DNA of 64,000 nucleotides, taken from positions 186,001-250,000 of the IMG/VR virus record IMGVR_UViG_3300047320_000285. One strand, 5' to 3'. The notes beneath the pieces were generated by a model, which did no database searches, was not told the DNA's origin, and worked only from the letters and a program-made list of their open reading frames with translations. Shown one piece after another: positions 29,140-37,263 of this stretch. The first letter of the stretch is position 1, and the number at the start of each line of letters is the position of its first letter. The position numbers and the translations under genes are program-made.

Positions 29140-29760
29140 AAGGTGTCACACTATAGCGGTCATATAGAAAAGTTACACAGTCTCTGCTCGGGCCGCTGTT
29201 GCCCCCTTCCCCTCGCCGCCCTCCCGGCCGCAAACCTTAATACGTCCGCTCGCCGCGCGGCTGTAAGTCGCGAAGTTCAATGTAGCAGAAGGCTTCCAAG
29301 ACTTCTGCGATAGATTGATACAAAACCGGTTTGTGTGTTGTAGGTTTTTCCCTTTACCTACCGGTAGGTCTCGATTTTACCGTAGGTACCTGCTCGATAG
29401 GGAGAGTTCCCCCAGAACTCTCCCGGCTATCCTAGCTAAGCTGGTTTGTTACAATTTGTTACCAAATTGCAGTTTTTGGGTTTTTAGAGTAAGATAATCT
29501 TTACCTCAGTATTACGGAGTAATACTGAGGATAGATGAAATATTTAACTTCATTCATACCTGATGTAGAAATAATAAAAAAATAATCTTAGAGAAAAACG
29601 CGTGCCGCAGGCAGTTTTTTGAGAATTTCGGGAAAAAGTCTGTTACATCTTGTTACAATTGTAAGGAATGAGGGCAGAGGTCTGCCTATTTATTAGGCAA
29701 CTGAGACGATACAGGGTCCTATCAGTTTTTACACCAAGCGATCATGCTCTGAGTCACGCA
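29140..29760. promoter_or_regulatory. Long non-coding region with palindromes, repeats and an AT-rich tract (candidate origin or control region)
   Basis: No credible ORF; several perfect inverted repeats, four TGTTAC copies, and an A/T-rich tract at about 29535-29600. Confidence 0.5.
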
Positions 29761-29768
29761 TGATGTGA

Positions 29769-30056
29769 ATGAACAATGAGGAAGCGAACGTGATGTTGAT
29801 GAACTTACTGGGTCGGCTCTGCGGTCGTCCCTTAACTAAACAAGAACGACTCGAGCGTTTGCAGCAGAGTCTGATTACGACCATCCGTCAGGGTCGCGAT
29901 GAGGACGATGCCACCGCAGTAGCACTGGCGATTCGGGCGGATGCGATTCTGAAACAGGATCTACCGTTCGATCTGCGCTGTCAGCAGCTGCATGACGTGG
30001 TGGTTACGCATGCAGCCCAAAAGCTCCTCACGCGCCTCGAGTCTTATCACCACTAA
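29769..30056 (+). CDS. Hypothetical protein (95 aa)
   Basis: ORF with helical amphipathic composition; start uncertain. Confidence 0.5.
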   Translation: MNNEEANVMLMNLLGRLCGRPLTKQERLERLQQSLITTIRQGRDEDDATAVALAIRADAILKQDLPFDLRCQQLHDVVVTHAAQKLLTRLESYHH

Positions 30057-30063
30057 GAACAAC

Positions 30064-30375
30064 ATGACACAACAAGAACCATCATCGGCGGGGTTAGGCT
30101 TTGAAGGTCACTTGCAACGCATGGCGAAGCTGAAAGCCGAACGTGAAAGTTTACAGCGTCAGCTCATGCTTCTGAACGTGACCATTGCCATTGTCAGGGC
30201 CAAAGGTAGTGAGCGAGACTGGCCGGAGGACTTTCCACATGAGAACGGTGTGTACAACAACTGGTGCTGCTCATGCAAGAAGAACTTCCTCGGCTACAAA
30301 CGTCGCGTCATCTGCAAGCTTTGTTCAGGGGATCCACAGACTGGCTCCGTCGTAACGGAATCGGTCTCACTTTAA
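30064..30375 (+). CDS. Small Zn-finger-like protein
   Basis: DWPEDFPHENGVY..WCCSC...F.G.KRRVICKLC with two CxxC pairs. Confidence 0.6.
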   Translation: MTQQEPSSAGLGFEGHLQRMAKLKAERESLQRQLMLLNVTIAIVRAKGSERDWPEDFPHENGVYNNWCCSCKKNFLGYKRRVICKLCSGDPQTGSVVTESVSL

Positions 30376-30421
30376 GCGCACTGGTCGTCTTGGCGGGTGC
30401 GCTCTGGTCGAAATTAGGGAA

Positions 30422-30604
30422 ATGAATATGTTGCACATCTACCAAGGCGGCTCGGCCGCACACTCGTCGGTGGTGTTATCACCGGCAGATTTTCAAATGC
30501 GCGAACGTCCTGAAACCAAGTGGTTCCCGGAGTTGACGGTGAAGATTACCGTAGCGGGTCGTCAGTTCACCATTCTGGAACGTGGGGAGCGGCGCCGACA
30601 ATGA
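30422..30604 (+). CDS. Small hypothetical protein (60 aa)
   Basis: AGGGA SD; its stop overlaps the next start (ATGA). Confidence 0.45.
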   Translation: MNMLHIYQGGSAAHSSVVLSPADFQMRERPETKWFPELTVKITVAGRQFTILERGERRRQ

Positions 30605-30900
30605 GTGAGGAACCGCGCAAGATTCTGATCGTCGGGGCAGGGGCAGGCTTGGGTCGAGAACTGGCTAAACTGATCATGCGTGACGAACGCTTGCGCGGTC
30701 AGGTGGTCTTAGTGGATAAGCTCCCCGAGGACCACCACTCAGCTCATGAACCCGTGGATCTGGACCAACTCATGGATCGCTTACGGGGTGAGCTGCCAGA
30801 GTTGCGTGCTCCCGTGGTTCAGCGTCGCGAACACAACGCGTTACTGCCGTACCATGGCAAGTCCAAGCATGACCGGCAAAGGAAATGGTGGAACCGATGA
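30601..30900 (+). CDS. Hypothetical protein with a Rossmann-like GxGxxG N-terminus, ending RKWWNR
   Basis: GGGGAG SD; KILIVGAGAGLGRELA; too short for a full dehydrogenase. Confidence 0.55.
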   Translation: MSEEPRKILIVGAGAGLGRELAKLIMRDERLRGQVVLVDKLPEDHHSAHEPVDLDQLMDRLRGELPELRAPVVQRREHNALLPYHGKSKHDRQRKWWNR

Positions 30901-31187
30901 CACCTGATGCTCGTGAGTATCATTTCATGGTACCTGATGAACTTCCGGAGTTTGCCAAGACGGATCTGCTCATCAACGGGTGCCGTCTAGGAAAGGACTA
31001 CTATCATGACCCCTCTGTCATGGGGGACCGTCCTAGTTTCTCTGAGCTTGCTGCTCAGCTACGCGCTGCTAATGAGGAGCCACAGCAAGCGGAGAGTGGT
31101 AACGAAGCAGGACCAGATCGAAACGGCAAGAAGCCCCGCACCCCCAAGCTACCTAACATCGCCCGCCAAAAATGGTGGAACCGTTAA
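30897..31187 (+). CDS. Hypothetical protein ending QKWWNR
   Basis: ATGA overlap with the previous stop codon; GGTGGA SD. Confidence 0.55.
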   Translation: MTPDAREYHFMVPDELPEFAKTDLLINGCRLGKDYYHDPSVMGDRPSFSELAAQLRAANEEPQQAESGNEAGPDRNGKKPRTPKLPNIARQKWWNR

Positions 31188-31200
31188 GGAGATTCCAGAC

Positions 31201-31563
31201 GTGCCTCAACAACAAGACCCCGCCGCTGTAGCCCGGAATAATTATACCGCCATCGAGATGATTGAGACCAAGGCGTATCTCGATTCCAATGAGAACCTGA
31301 CCTTTCGAATAGCGGTGACTCAGAAGGACACCGAGATCATGCTCTGGAGCGAGCGGATCAAGATGTTGATGATGGCGTACCCGCCGGAAGCGACGTTTAT
31401 GAAAGCGTCGGAGACGACGGACTTGCTGGACTGTAGTCGCAAGGTGGCGCAGATGAAAGAGCTGCGCATGTGGGATTTTGTCCTGTCCTACCAAACGGAA
31501 TTGGTTCTGAAATTGATGGCTGCGGCCCGTAACATCGAAGCACGCGCCCGAAAAGATTCATAG
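31201..31563 (+). CDS. Hypothetical protein (about 120 aa)
   Basis: AGGAG SD at 31186-31190 and GTG start; terminator follows. Confidence 0.6.
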   Translation: MPQQQDPAAVARNNYTAIEMIETKAYLDSNENLTFRIAVTQKDTEIMLWSERIKMLMMAYPPEATFMKASETTDLLDCSRKVAQMKELRMWDFVLSYQTELVLKLMAAARNIEARARKDS

Positions 31564-31571
31564 CCTGAGAG

Positions 31572-31609
31572 GGCATAAGCGGCTGGGTGCTACCCCAGCC
31601 TTTATGCCG
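31572..31609. terminator. Bidirectional terminator
   Basis: GGCATAA-GC-GGCTGGG...CCCAGCC-TTTATGCCG between convergent genes. Confidence 0.7.
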
Positions 31610-31625
31610 CTTGTGGAAGCAAGCC

Positions 31626-32429
31626 TTAGCGGTAACCCCCCACCTGCATCTTGAGGTAACGCGTGTGGCTTTCGTTGTCGTTCTGGAACAGGACTTTCTG
31701 GAAGGTGGTTTCCATATACTCCTGATACAGTTGCTCAGAGTCCGCGTAGCTGTCGAGCACTTCCTTGATCTTGCCGATCACCTGACCGCCTTGGATTTCG
31801 CCGACGTCGACTTCAATCACCAGTTGGTTGTAAATAAACGACTTGATCGCTAACTCACACAGCTTGACGAAGTACGGATAGCTGCGCAGCTGCAGATGGT
31901 TGAGGTTCTCATCGTTAGCGACGATACAGCGCACGTAGATATTGGGCGGCAGCACCATCGAGTCGCGCACCATGATGGTATTCTCGCCAATCAACTGGAC
32001 CTTGTGGGTCGAGGTGATCGGAATCATCCCGTAGGCATCCATCACCGCCTGACCGGCTTGCATCATGGTGCTGTTATCTGAGCCCGCCGCAATCCCAAAC
32101 GAGGACGCCCGCAAGGGGTCGGTGAAGGTCACGTTCAGGACCGCGATGATCGAGCGACCATTGGACTTCTCTTTGGGCACCCGATAGATCGAGGTATAAT
32201 CATCAGTACGCTGGTAAGGGACGTCTTCCAGTCCGATCCAGACTTCTGTGCCGCCATGCAGATTACAGTCGATCAGGACCCGCGAGCGCAGGACCATATT
32301 GCGGATGGCCTCATCCACGTTCTGCGGTGCTGCGCGCCACGTCTTCCCCCGATAGACGAACGCCAGCTCCAGCAGACGCTTAGGGATCCGAAACTTAACT
32401 TGGTCAATTGCATAATTGATGGGGTTGAT
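31626..32429 (-). CDS. Conserved virion-type protein; probable ATC start
   Basis: The frame is open 37 codons upstream of the ORF-track GTG, back to AGGAGG-CTATC-ATC-AAC-CCC. An in-frame TAG lies just beyond the SD. Confidence 0.6.
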   Translation of the reverse strand: MNPINYAIDQVKFRIPKRLLELAFVYRGKTWRAAPQNVDEAIRNMVLRSRVLIDCNLHGGTEVWIGLEDVPYQRTDDYTSIYRVPKEKSNGRSIIAVLNVTFTDPLRASSFGIAAGSDNSTMMQAGQAVMDAYGMIPITSTHKVQLIGENTIMVRDSMVLPPNIYVRCIVANDENLNHLQLRSYPYFVKLCELAIKSFIYNQLVIEVDVGEIQGGQVIGKIKEVLDSYADSEQLYQEYMETTFQKVLFQNDNESHTRYLKMQVGGYR

Positions 32430-32490
32430 GATAGCCTCCTAGAAAGAAACAAACCTATATCATTCTCATGAGAAAACTACAGGAGTAGCC

Positions 32491-33120
32491 ATGGCGACGA
32501 AGCATTATTTCCTCTCGTTCGAAGAACGGGTGGACGAAGTAACGAAGCGAGGATGGCCAGAGGAGTACGCGCAGCTCTGGTGGAAGAAATACTACGGACA
32601 TCTAACAAGCGCGGTCTATCGCGGTACCAGCTCTGAGCTAACGTTTGGAGACTATCTGGATAAGATCCTTGAGGCAGGGATTAAGATCCCAGAGCAAGTC
32701 TCAAAATACGCAGCTGGGTATGTGCTTGGTCGCTACACTGACGAGGGTTCTTATACGGTCGATAGCTGTCGGTTCATTACGCAGCTGGAGAATACTCACG
32801 AGGCAATCAAGAATGGTCGTTGGGAGAATGTCTGGAAGATCGTAGGCGATGTTCGTCGCGGTCAGACTAAAGAGACGCTTGCTTTTCTCGCGAAGATGGC
32901 TGAAACCAAACGAGGCCGAACTGCAGAAACCCATGCAGGCATAGCGATTCAGGCTGACAAGATTGCTCGTGACTTTGCTTTCCAAGCACCTGATGGCACA
33001 GTCTATCGTGGTCGAAACCTGAAGAAGTTTTGTCGCGAGCACAATCTGAATTCCGGTAACATGAACCAATTGTTGCTTGGTAGGAGGGACTCAGTCAAAG
33101 GCTGGAAACGTGTGCCGTAG
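32491..33120 (+). mobile_element. Free-standing HNH-like (beta-beta-alpha-Me) homing endonuclease with NUMOD-type repeats and C-terminal HTH
   Basis: LGRYTDEGSYTVDSCRF..EN nuclease-like motif, basic MAETKRGR repeats, and APDG..Y...L..FCREHNL....KGW; more AT-rich than its neighbours. Confidence 0.75.
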
Positions 33121-33208
33121 ATTTTTTCAACCCTATATTACCCAACTGTAATAGCACCAGCAATCACGTTGATGCGTTACCATCCCTTACATTTCCTTTA
33201 TACTGGAG
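33121..33208 (+). promoter_or_regulatory. Early (vRNAP-type) promoter and leader
   Basis: T-run then exact TATATTAC (33134-33141); leader homologous to 12001-12070. Confidence 0.7.
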
Positions 33209-33215
33209 CTTCATC

Positions 33216-34025
33216 ATGACGACCGCCGCTAATGCTCAAGACACGAACAATACGAACAATGCCGCTAAGGCGACGATGGCTGACAAGCTCAAAGCCATGG
33301 GTGCGATTCCCCCGATCCAACTGGAAGCCAAGCACGGCGACCTGTTCGGTCAACTGTTCTTCGGTACCGCCAAGCGCGCCCTCGGTGGCGAATGTGGCGA
33401 TGTGCTGGCCACCGCATACGCGGAGCGCACCGTGATGGACAAGACGATGTACTACGCCGAAGGCACGGTGGATGCTGTGAAAGACGGCGCCGTCTCAGCT
33501 TACACGACCGCCAAGGAAATCGTGGTCGACGGCTACGACACCGTCAAGGGTTGGGTGTCAGGCTCGGCCAAGGAAGACGCCAAGAAGAAGGTGGCGGACG
33601 ACGCTGAGGCTGAGAAGAACAACCAAGCGAACGTCAACCGCGCTCGCTTCGAGAAGCACTTCGACCAGATCGAAAAGACGGTTGAGTACAACGCGAAGTG
33701 GGAAAATGGCACCGGTTACTTCAACCATCTGGTGACCAACAAGGATCTGCAAACGAGCCTGAACATCGGTGAGATGGCCAAGTGCACGGATCCGCACGGT
33801 CGCAAGATGATCATCATGCAAACCTCGCTGGGTCTGCTGGTGGTGTTCGCTCGCCATGTCGATGAGAAGACTTCGTTCCGCGTGAATGCGGACAAGGACC
33901 TTATCAAGGAAATCGAAGGCTTCAAGGAAGAGTGCACCGACAGCGTGCTGAGCGCGAAGGGCTTCGACATCATCTTCGGCGAAGCGGATAACTTCACGCT
34001 CGCCCAGAAGCTGATGCAGGCATAA
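33216..34025 (+). CDS. Hypothetical early protein (269 aa)
   Basis: GGAG SD, strong codon bias; amphipathic Ala/Val/Lys middle region and a C-terminal WENGTGY domain. Confidence 0.8.
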   Translation: MTTAANAQDTNNTNNAAKATMADKLKAMGAIPPIQLEAKHGDLFGQLFFGTAKRALGGECGDVLATAYAERTVMDKTMYYAEGTVDAVKDGAVSAYTTAKEIVVDGYDTVKGWVSGSAKEDAKKKVADDAEAEKNNQANVNRARFEKHFDQIEKTVEYNAKWENGTGYFNHLVTNKDLQTSLNIGEMAKCTDPHGRKMIIMQTSLGLLVVFARHVDEKTSFRVNADKDLIKEIEGFKEECTDSVLSAKGFDIIFGEADNFTLAQKLMQA

Positions 34026-34080
34026 ACGCAGGGAGCCCAATGGTGGGCTCCTTGTCTCAATCTGATTCAAGGAGCTTATC

Positions 34081-34479
34081 ATGGAAAACTTCACCCTGCT
34101 GCAAGCCGCCCTCACGCAACTCAATGCTAAGGACGGTCTGCCGGTCGACTTCAAAGGCCAGATGGTCCTGTACCGCCTCACAGTGGTCGATGCGGAATTC
34201 GTCAAGATCGAAGGCTTTGTGCCCCAATCGGGTACGGGTGCGTCGGTCAATGTCGCCCAGGACTTCAAGCAAGGCACCCTGTGGATCGCGCCGCAGAACG
34301 TGGCCCTTGATGATTATGTCCGTTGCCACGACGGGCTGGCCAGCAAACTGGTCCGCCTGAACACGCCGTTTCGCGAACACCGCTTTGAGGAGTTTGACAT
34401 CCTCGAAGACCGCCCGGTGTTCGGCCTGCTGCTCCCGATCGAGTCCGCTGCCCTCTCCCAAGAGGTGGCGCTCGCTTGA
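34081..34479 (+). CDS. Hypothetical protein (132 aa)
   Basis: AGGAG SD; downstream hairpin and T-tract. Confidence 0.7.
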   Translation: MENFTLLQAALTQLNAKDGLPVDFKGQMVLYRLTVVDAEFVKIEGFVPQSGTGASVNVAQDFKQGTLWIAPQNVALDDYVRCHDGLASKLVRLNTPFREHRFEEFDILEDRPVFGLLLPIESAALSQEVALA

Positions 34480-34576
34480 CGGAGCAGTGGGCGGGGCTCC
34501 CTATGGGGGGCCTTTAATTTTTTCTCTTCATGCACCACAGTGTGTAAGACAAACACTAACAAGGAGTAATACAGCC

Positions 34577-35581
34577 ATGTCCGACGTTCTCACCCAAGCT
34601 AAGCGCAATGTGCTCATCATTGGCTGCGGCGGTGGCGGTACCAACATCTCGTATAACCTCGAGAAGCTGCGCAACAGCAACGAACTCGGTTTTGCTACGG
34701 CCGAGATCGTCTACGTCGACGCGTCGCGCTCGAACATGCGTGCTGACATTCCGGCCAAAGCGGTCTACCTGATCGACGGCCTCGACGGCTCCGGCAAGGT
34801 GCGCTCGGAGAATCACAGCGAAATCGGTCTGCGGGTGAAAGACATCCTGCAGCGTTTCCGTCCGGGCGATCTGGTGATCGTGATTTCGACGCTGGCAGGT
34901 GGCACCGGTTCGGTGATCAGCCCGTTGCTGGTCAAGGAACTGCTGATGCGCGGGATTCCGACTATCGTGATCGGCGTGGGTGACACCACCACCCGGCTCG
35001 ACACCGAGAACACACTCAAGTCGATCCAGTCGTTCGAGCACATCGCGAAGAAGGCCGACGTGCCGGTGGTGATGCAGTATCTGGAAAACAGCGAACGCAA
35101 CTCGCGCGCGGAAATCGACAAGCAGGTCAAGCAGATGGTCGGCTCGCTGTGCTCGTTGTTCTCGGGCGAAAACCGCGAACTGGACAGCAAAGACCTGTTC
35201 AACTTCCTGAACTTCAGCAACCCGAAGGTCACGACGTATCAGGCACAACTGGCGACGCTGCATCTGCTGGGTCGCGACGACGATTTCAACGGCTTGGGCA
35301 ATATCATCTCGGTGGCCTCGCTGCTGTCCGAAGGTGAAGCGTTCAGCCTGCCGGTGCGTCCGGAATACGCGACCTACGGTTATCAGCCGCGTGGTGTGAA
35401 CGAAACGGTGGCCAAGGGTGCGCCCTACCACTTCGTGATCGCCGACGGCGTGGTGCCGGAAGTGGTGAGCGAGCTGGAGAAAATCATCGGCACGCTCAAC
35501 GAGCAGCAAGAAGCTCGTCTGTCGCGTCGATCCATTCTGGGTTCGGCCGCTCGTCCTGACGAGTCCGGTCTGATTCTGTAA
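34577..35581 (+). CDS. phuZ: Phage tubulin PhuZ
   Basis: IGCGGGGTNI, DGSGKVRSEN and tubulin signature AGGTGSVISP; start at MSDVLT after AAGGAG. Confidence 0.95.
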   Translation: MSDVLTQAKRNVLIIGCGGGGTNISYNLEKLRNSNELGFATAEIVYVDASRSNMRADIPAKAVYLIDGLDGSGKVRSENHSEIGLRVKDILQRFRPGDLVIVISTLAGGTGSVISPLLVKELLMRGIPTIVIGVGDTTTRLDTENTLKSIQSFEHIAKKADVPVVMQYLENSERNSRAEIDKQVKQMVGSLCSLFSGENRELDSKDLFNFLNFSNPKVTTYQAQLATLHLLGRDDDFNGLGNIISVASLLSEGEAFSLPVRPEYATYGYQPRGVNETVAKGAPYHFVIADGVVPEVVSELEKIIGTLNEQQEARLSRRSILGSAARPDESGLIL

Positions 35582-35589
35582 AGGAACTG

Positions 35590-36268
35590 CTATGGGGCTG
35601 CGCCTTGTGTCGCTCGCCGCCGCGATTTGCACCGGCTTCGCACACGCGTTTAACGCGAGTTCGTGGAAGGTGGTCGCGGCGTCGACGGCATGGAACAGGG
35701 CTCAGCGTGACGAACCCGGACCTGGAATCGCTTCTGGGCAAACCGGGATCAGCCGGGGTCGCCAGTCAAGTGATGGCTGGCGCTTCGCACAACGCGTCCC
35801 GAGGAGGACTGTGGCACGGGTTAAGGGTATCCGTCAGCCGCAGTTAGCTTGACTCGGCGCGATGGTCTCGCGAAGAACCCAACTACCTCTGGGGCTGCAC
35901 TGCCGAACCGAGCCGCGTCGGGGGAGCATCAGGTGTGGCGCCCAGCTGGGCACGTTGAGCTAACTCTCTTTCCACCAGAGAGTGATGAAACATGAAATGG
36001 CCTGCCACCGCCGGTGAGCAGACGGACGAAGCACTTCAGGGTTAGATGGGACCGTAAGCCGCGTGACGTATTAGCCCATGGGACTAGCGTACGGGAGCCG
36101 AGAGCCGCCGGAATCGCCTGCAAGGCACGAAGTCCAAGGTATCCGCTACTTAGATGAGACCTAGTCCGCCCCCGGTTTCCGGGTCAGCCGCTAGGAGATT
36201 CGTAAGGGCGGGCCTTCAAGAACCTCTTGCTTCGGCAGGGGGTAGTCTTGAAGGCCCGTTTTTCTTTT
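35590..36268 (+). ncRNA. Candidate large structured non-coding RNA (about 670 nt), family unrecognised
   Basis: No credible ORF; begins at a TATG motif, contains many helices with G-U pairs, and ends in a 13-bp terminator stem plus T-tract. Confidence 0.6.
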
Positions 36269-36278
36269 AGGAGTTTTC

Positions 36279-36788
36279 ATGTCACGTCGTTATCACCACC
36301 CACCCTTTAGCGAACACCAGCTGAGCAATGCGGTGGGCGCGTTCAAGACGTGGGATGATCAGATCAAGAACCACGGTCAGATCCTGTCGGTCGAAGATCT
36401 GGTCCACCGGATCGCTGAATGTCTGTTTGAGGAAGTCGATCTGAACCCCAAACCGGATCGACTGGTGTATCTGTCCTCGCCTTACAATCACCCCGATCCC
36501 GAGGTGAAGGAAAAGCGTCGTAAGGCCGCCTGTAGCGCCGCTGGTTATCTGATCGAGCGCGGTATCCCGGTTCACTCACCGATCGCCCACAACGCCGCGA
36601 TTCTGGAGCAAACGAGTGGCAAGAGTGGGTGGGAGATCTGGAAGCCGCAGGATCTGGCGCTGCTTAAGGCCAGCACGGAAATGGTGATTCTGTGTCTGCC
36701 GGGTTGGGAAGCCTCTGAAGGGATTCGGGGTGAGTTCCACGCCGCCATGGAGATGGGTAAGCCCGTGAGCTATATGCGAGCTGATTAA
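36279..36788 (+). CDS. DUF1937 / nucleoside 2-deoxyribosyltransferase-like protein
   Basis: LVYLSSPY, HSPIAH, W...D..L, LPGWEASEGIRGE and GKPV motifs. Confidence 0.75.
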   Translation: MSRRYHHPPFSEHQLSNAVGAFKTWDDQIKNHGQILSVEDLVHRIAECLFEEVDLNPKPDRLVYLSSPYNHPDPEVKEKRRKAACSAAGYLIERGIPVHSPIAHNAAILEQTSGKSGWEIWKPQDLALLKASTEMVILCLPGWEASEGIRGEFHAAMEMGKPVSYMRAD

Positions 36789-36875
36789 CTGGGTCCGGCC
36801 CGTGTGGCCGGGCTTTATGCCCCTGTGTGTGATTTCTTACATAGGCAACAAATACTGTGTATAGGGGACACCACT

Positions 36876-37235
36876 ATGATCCGATCTTACATAAACGACG
36901 CGCCACGAGCGTTGCTGATTCAGGATGTGCACGAGCTACGCGCCGAGTTCCGGTTGTTGTGGCAGGAGATGGCTGACTACGATATCGACGAACACGAGGT
37001 ACTGGAGTGGATTATCGCCAACTGGTTGCGTGAGCGTCATCATCTGCTTGTCTGGGACCACAACCCGCACAGCCCGACCATGCATGCCATCAAGAACTTC
37101 CTGCGTGAATTCACGGCTTTCCCCTTAAACCAGTTGCTTGAGAAATATATCATCGCACCTGTTCTGTATAAGGGCTGTCGAGACATCACCTTGGATTTGC
37201 GTGGCGTCGACCTGTACCTCTGGTACTTCAAATAA
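36876..37235 (+). CDS. Hypothetical protein, paralogue array member 1
   Basis: AGGGG SD before ATG 36876. Confidence 0.7.
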   Translation: MIRSYINDAPRALLIQDVHELRAEFRLLWQEMADYDIDEHEVLEWIIANWLRERHHLLVWDHNPHSPTMHAIKNFLREFTAFPLNQLLEKYIIAPVLYKGCRDITLDLRGVDLYLWYFK

Positions 37236-37263
37236 CACGTCGCAATTTACGAGAACTAACCAC

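Noticed and set aside
29139-29157. Near match to the SP6 promoter (AGGTGTCACACTATAG versus AGGTGACACTATAG)
   Set aside because: It has a 2-nt insertion in the specificity region, and no single-subunit RNAP gene is present in the window; most likely chance.
35594-35980. tmRNA interpretation of the large RNA (GGGGCTG at 35594 and 35891, TCCACCA at 35971)
   Set aside because: No T-loop, no acceptor-stem pairing with the TCCACCA, and no tag ORF ending in Ala-Ala.
36095-36135. Group II intron domain V-like GAGCCG...GCC-TGCAA-GGC-AC segment
   Set aside because: The complementary 3' strand (CGGYUC) and domain VI are missing, and the flanking genes are not interrupted.
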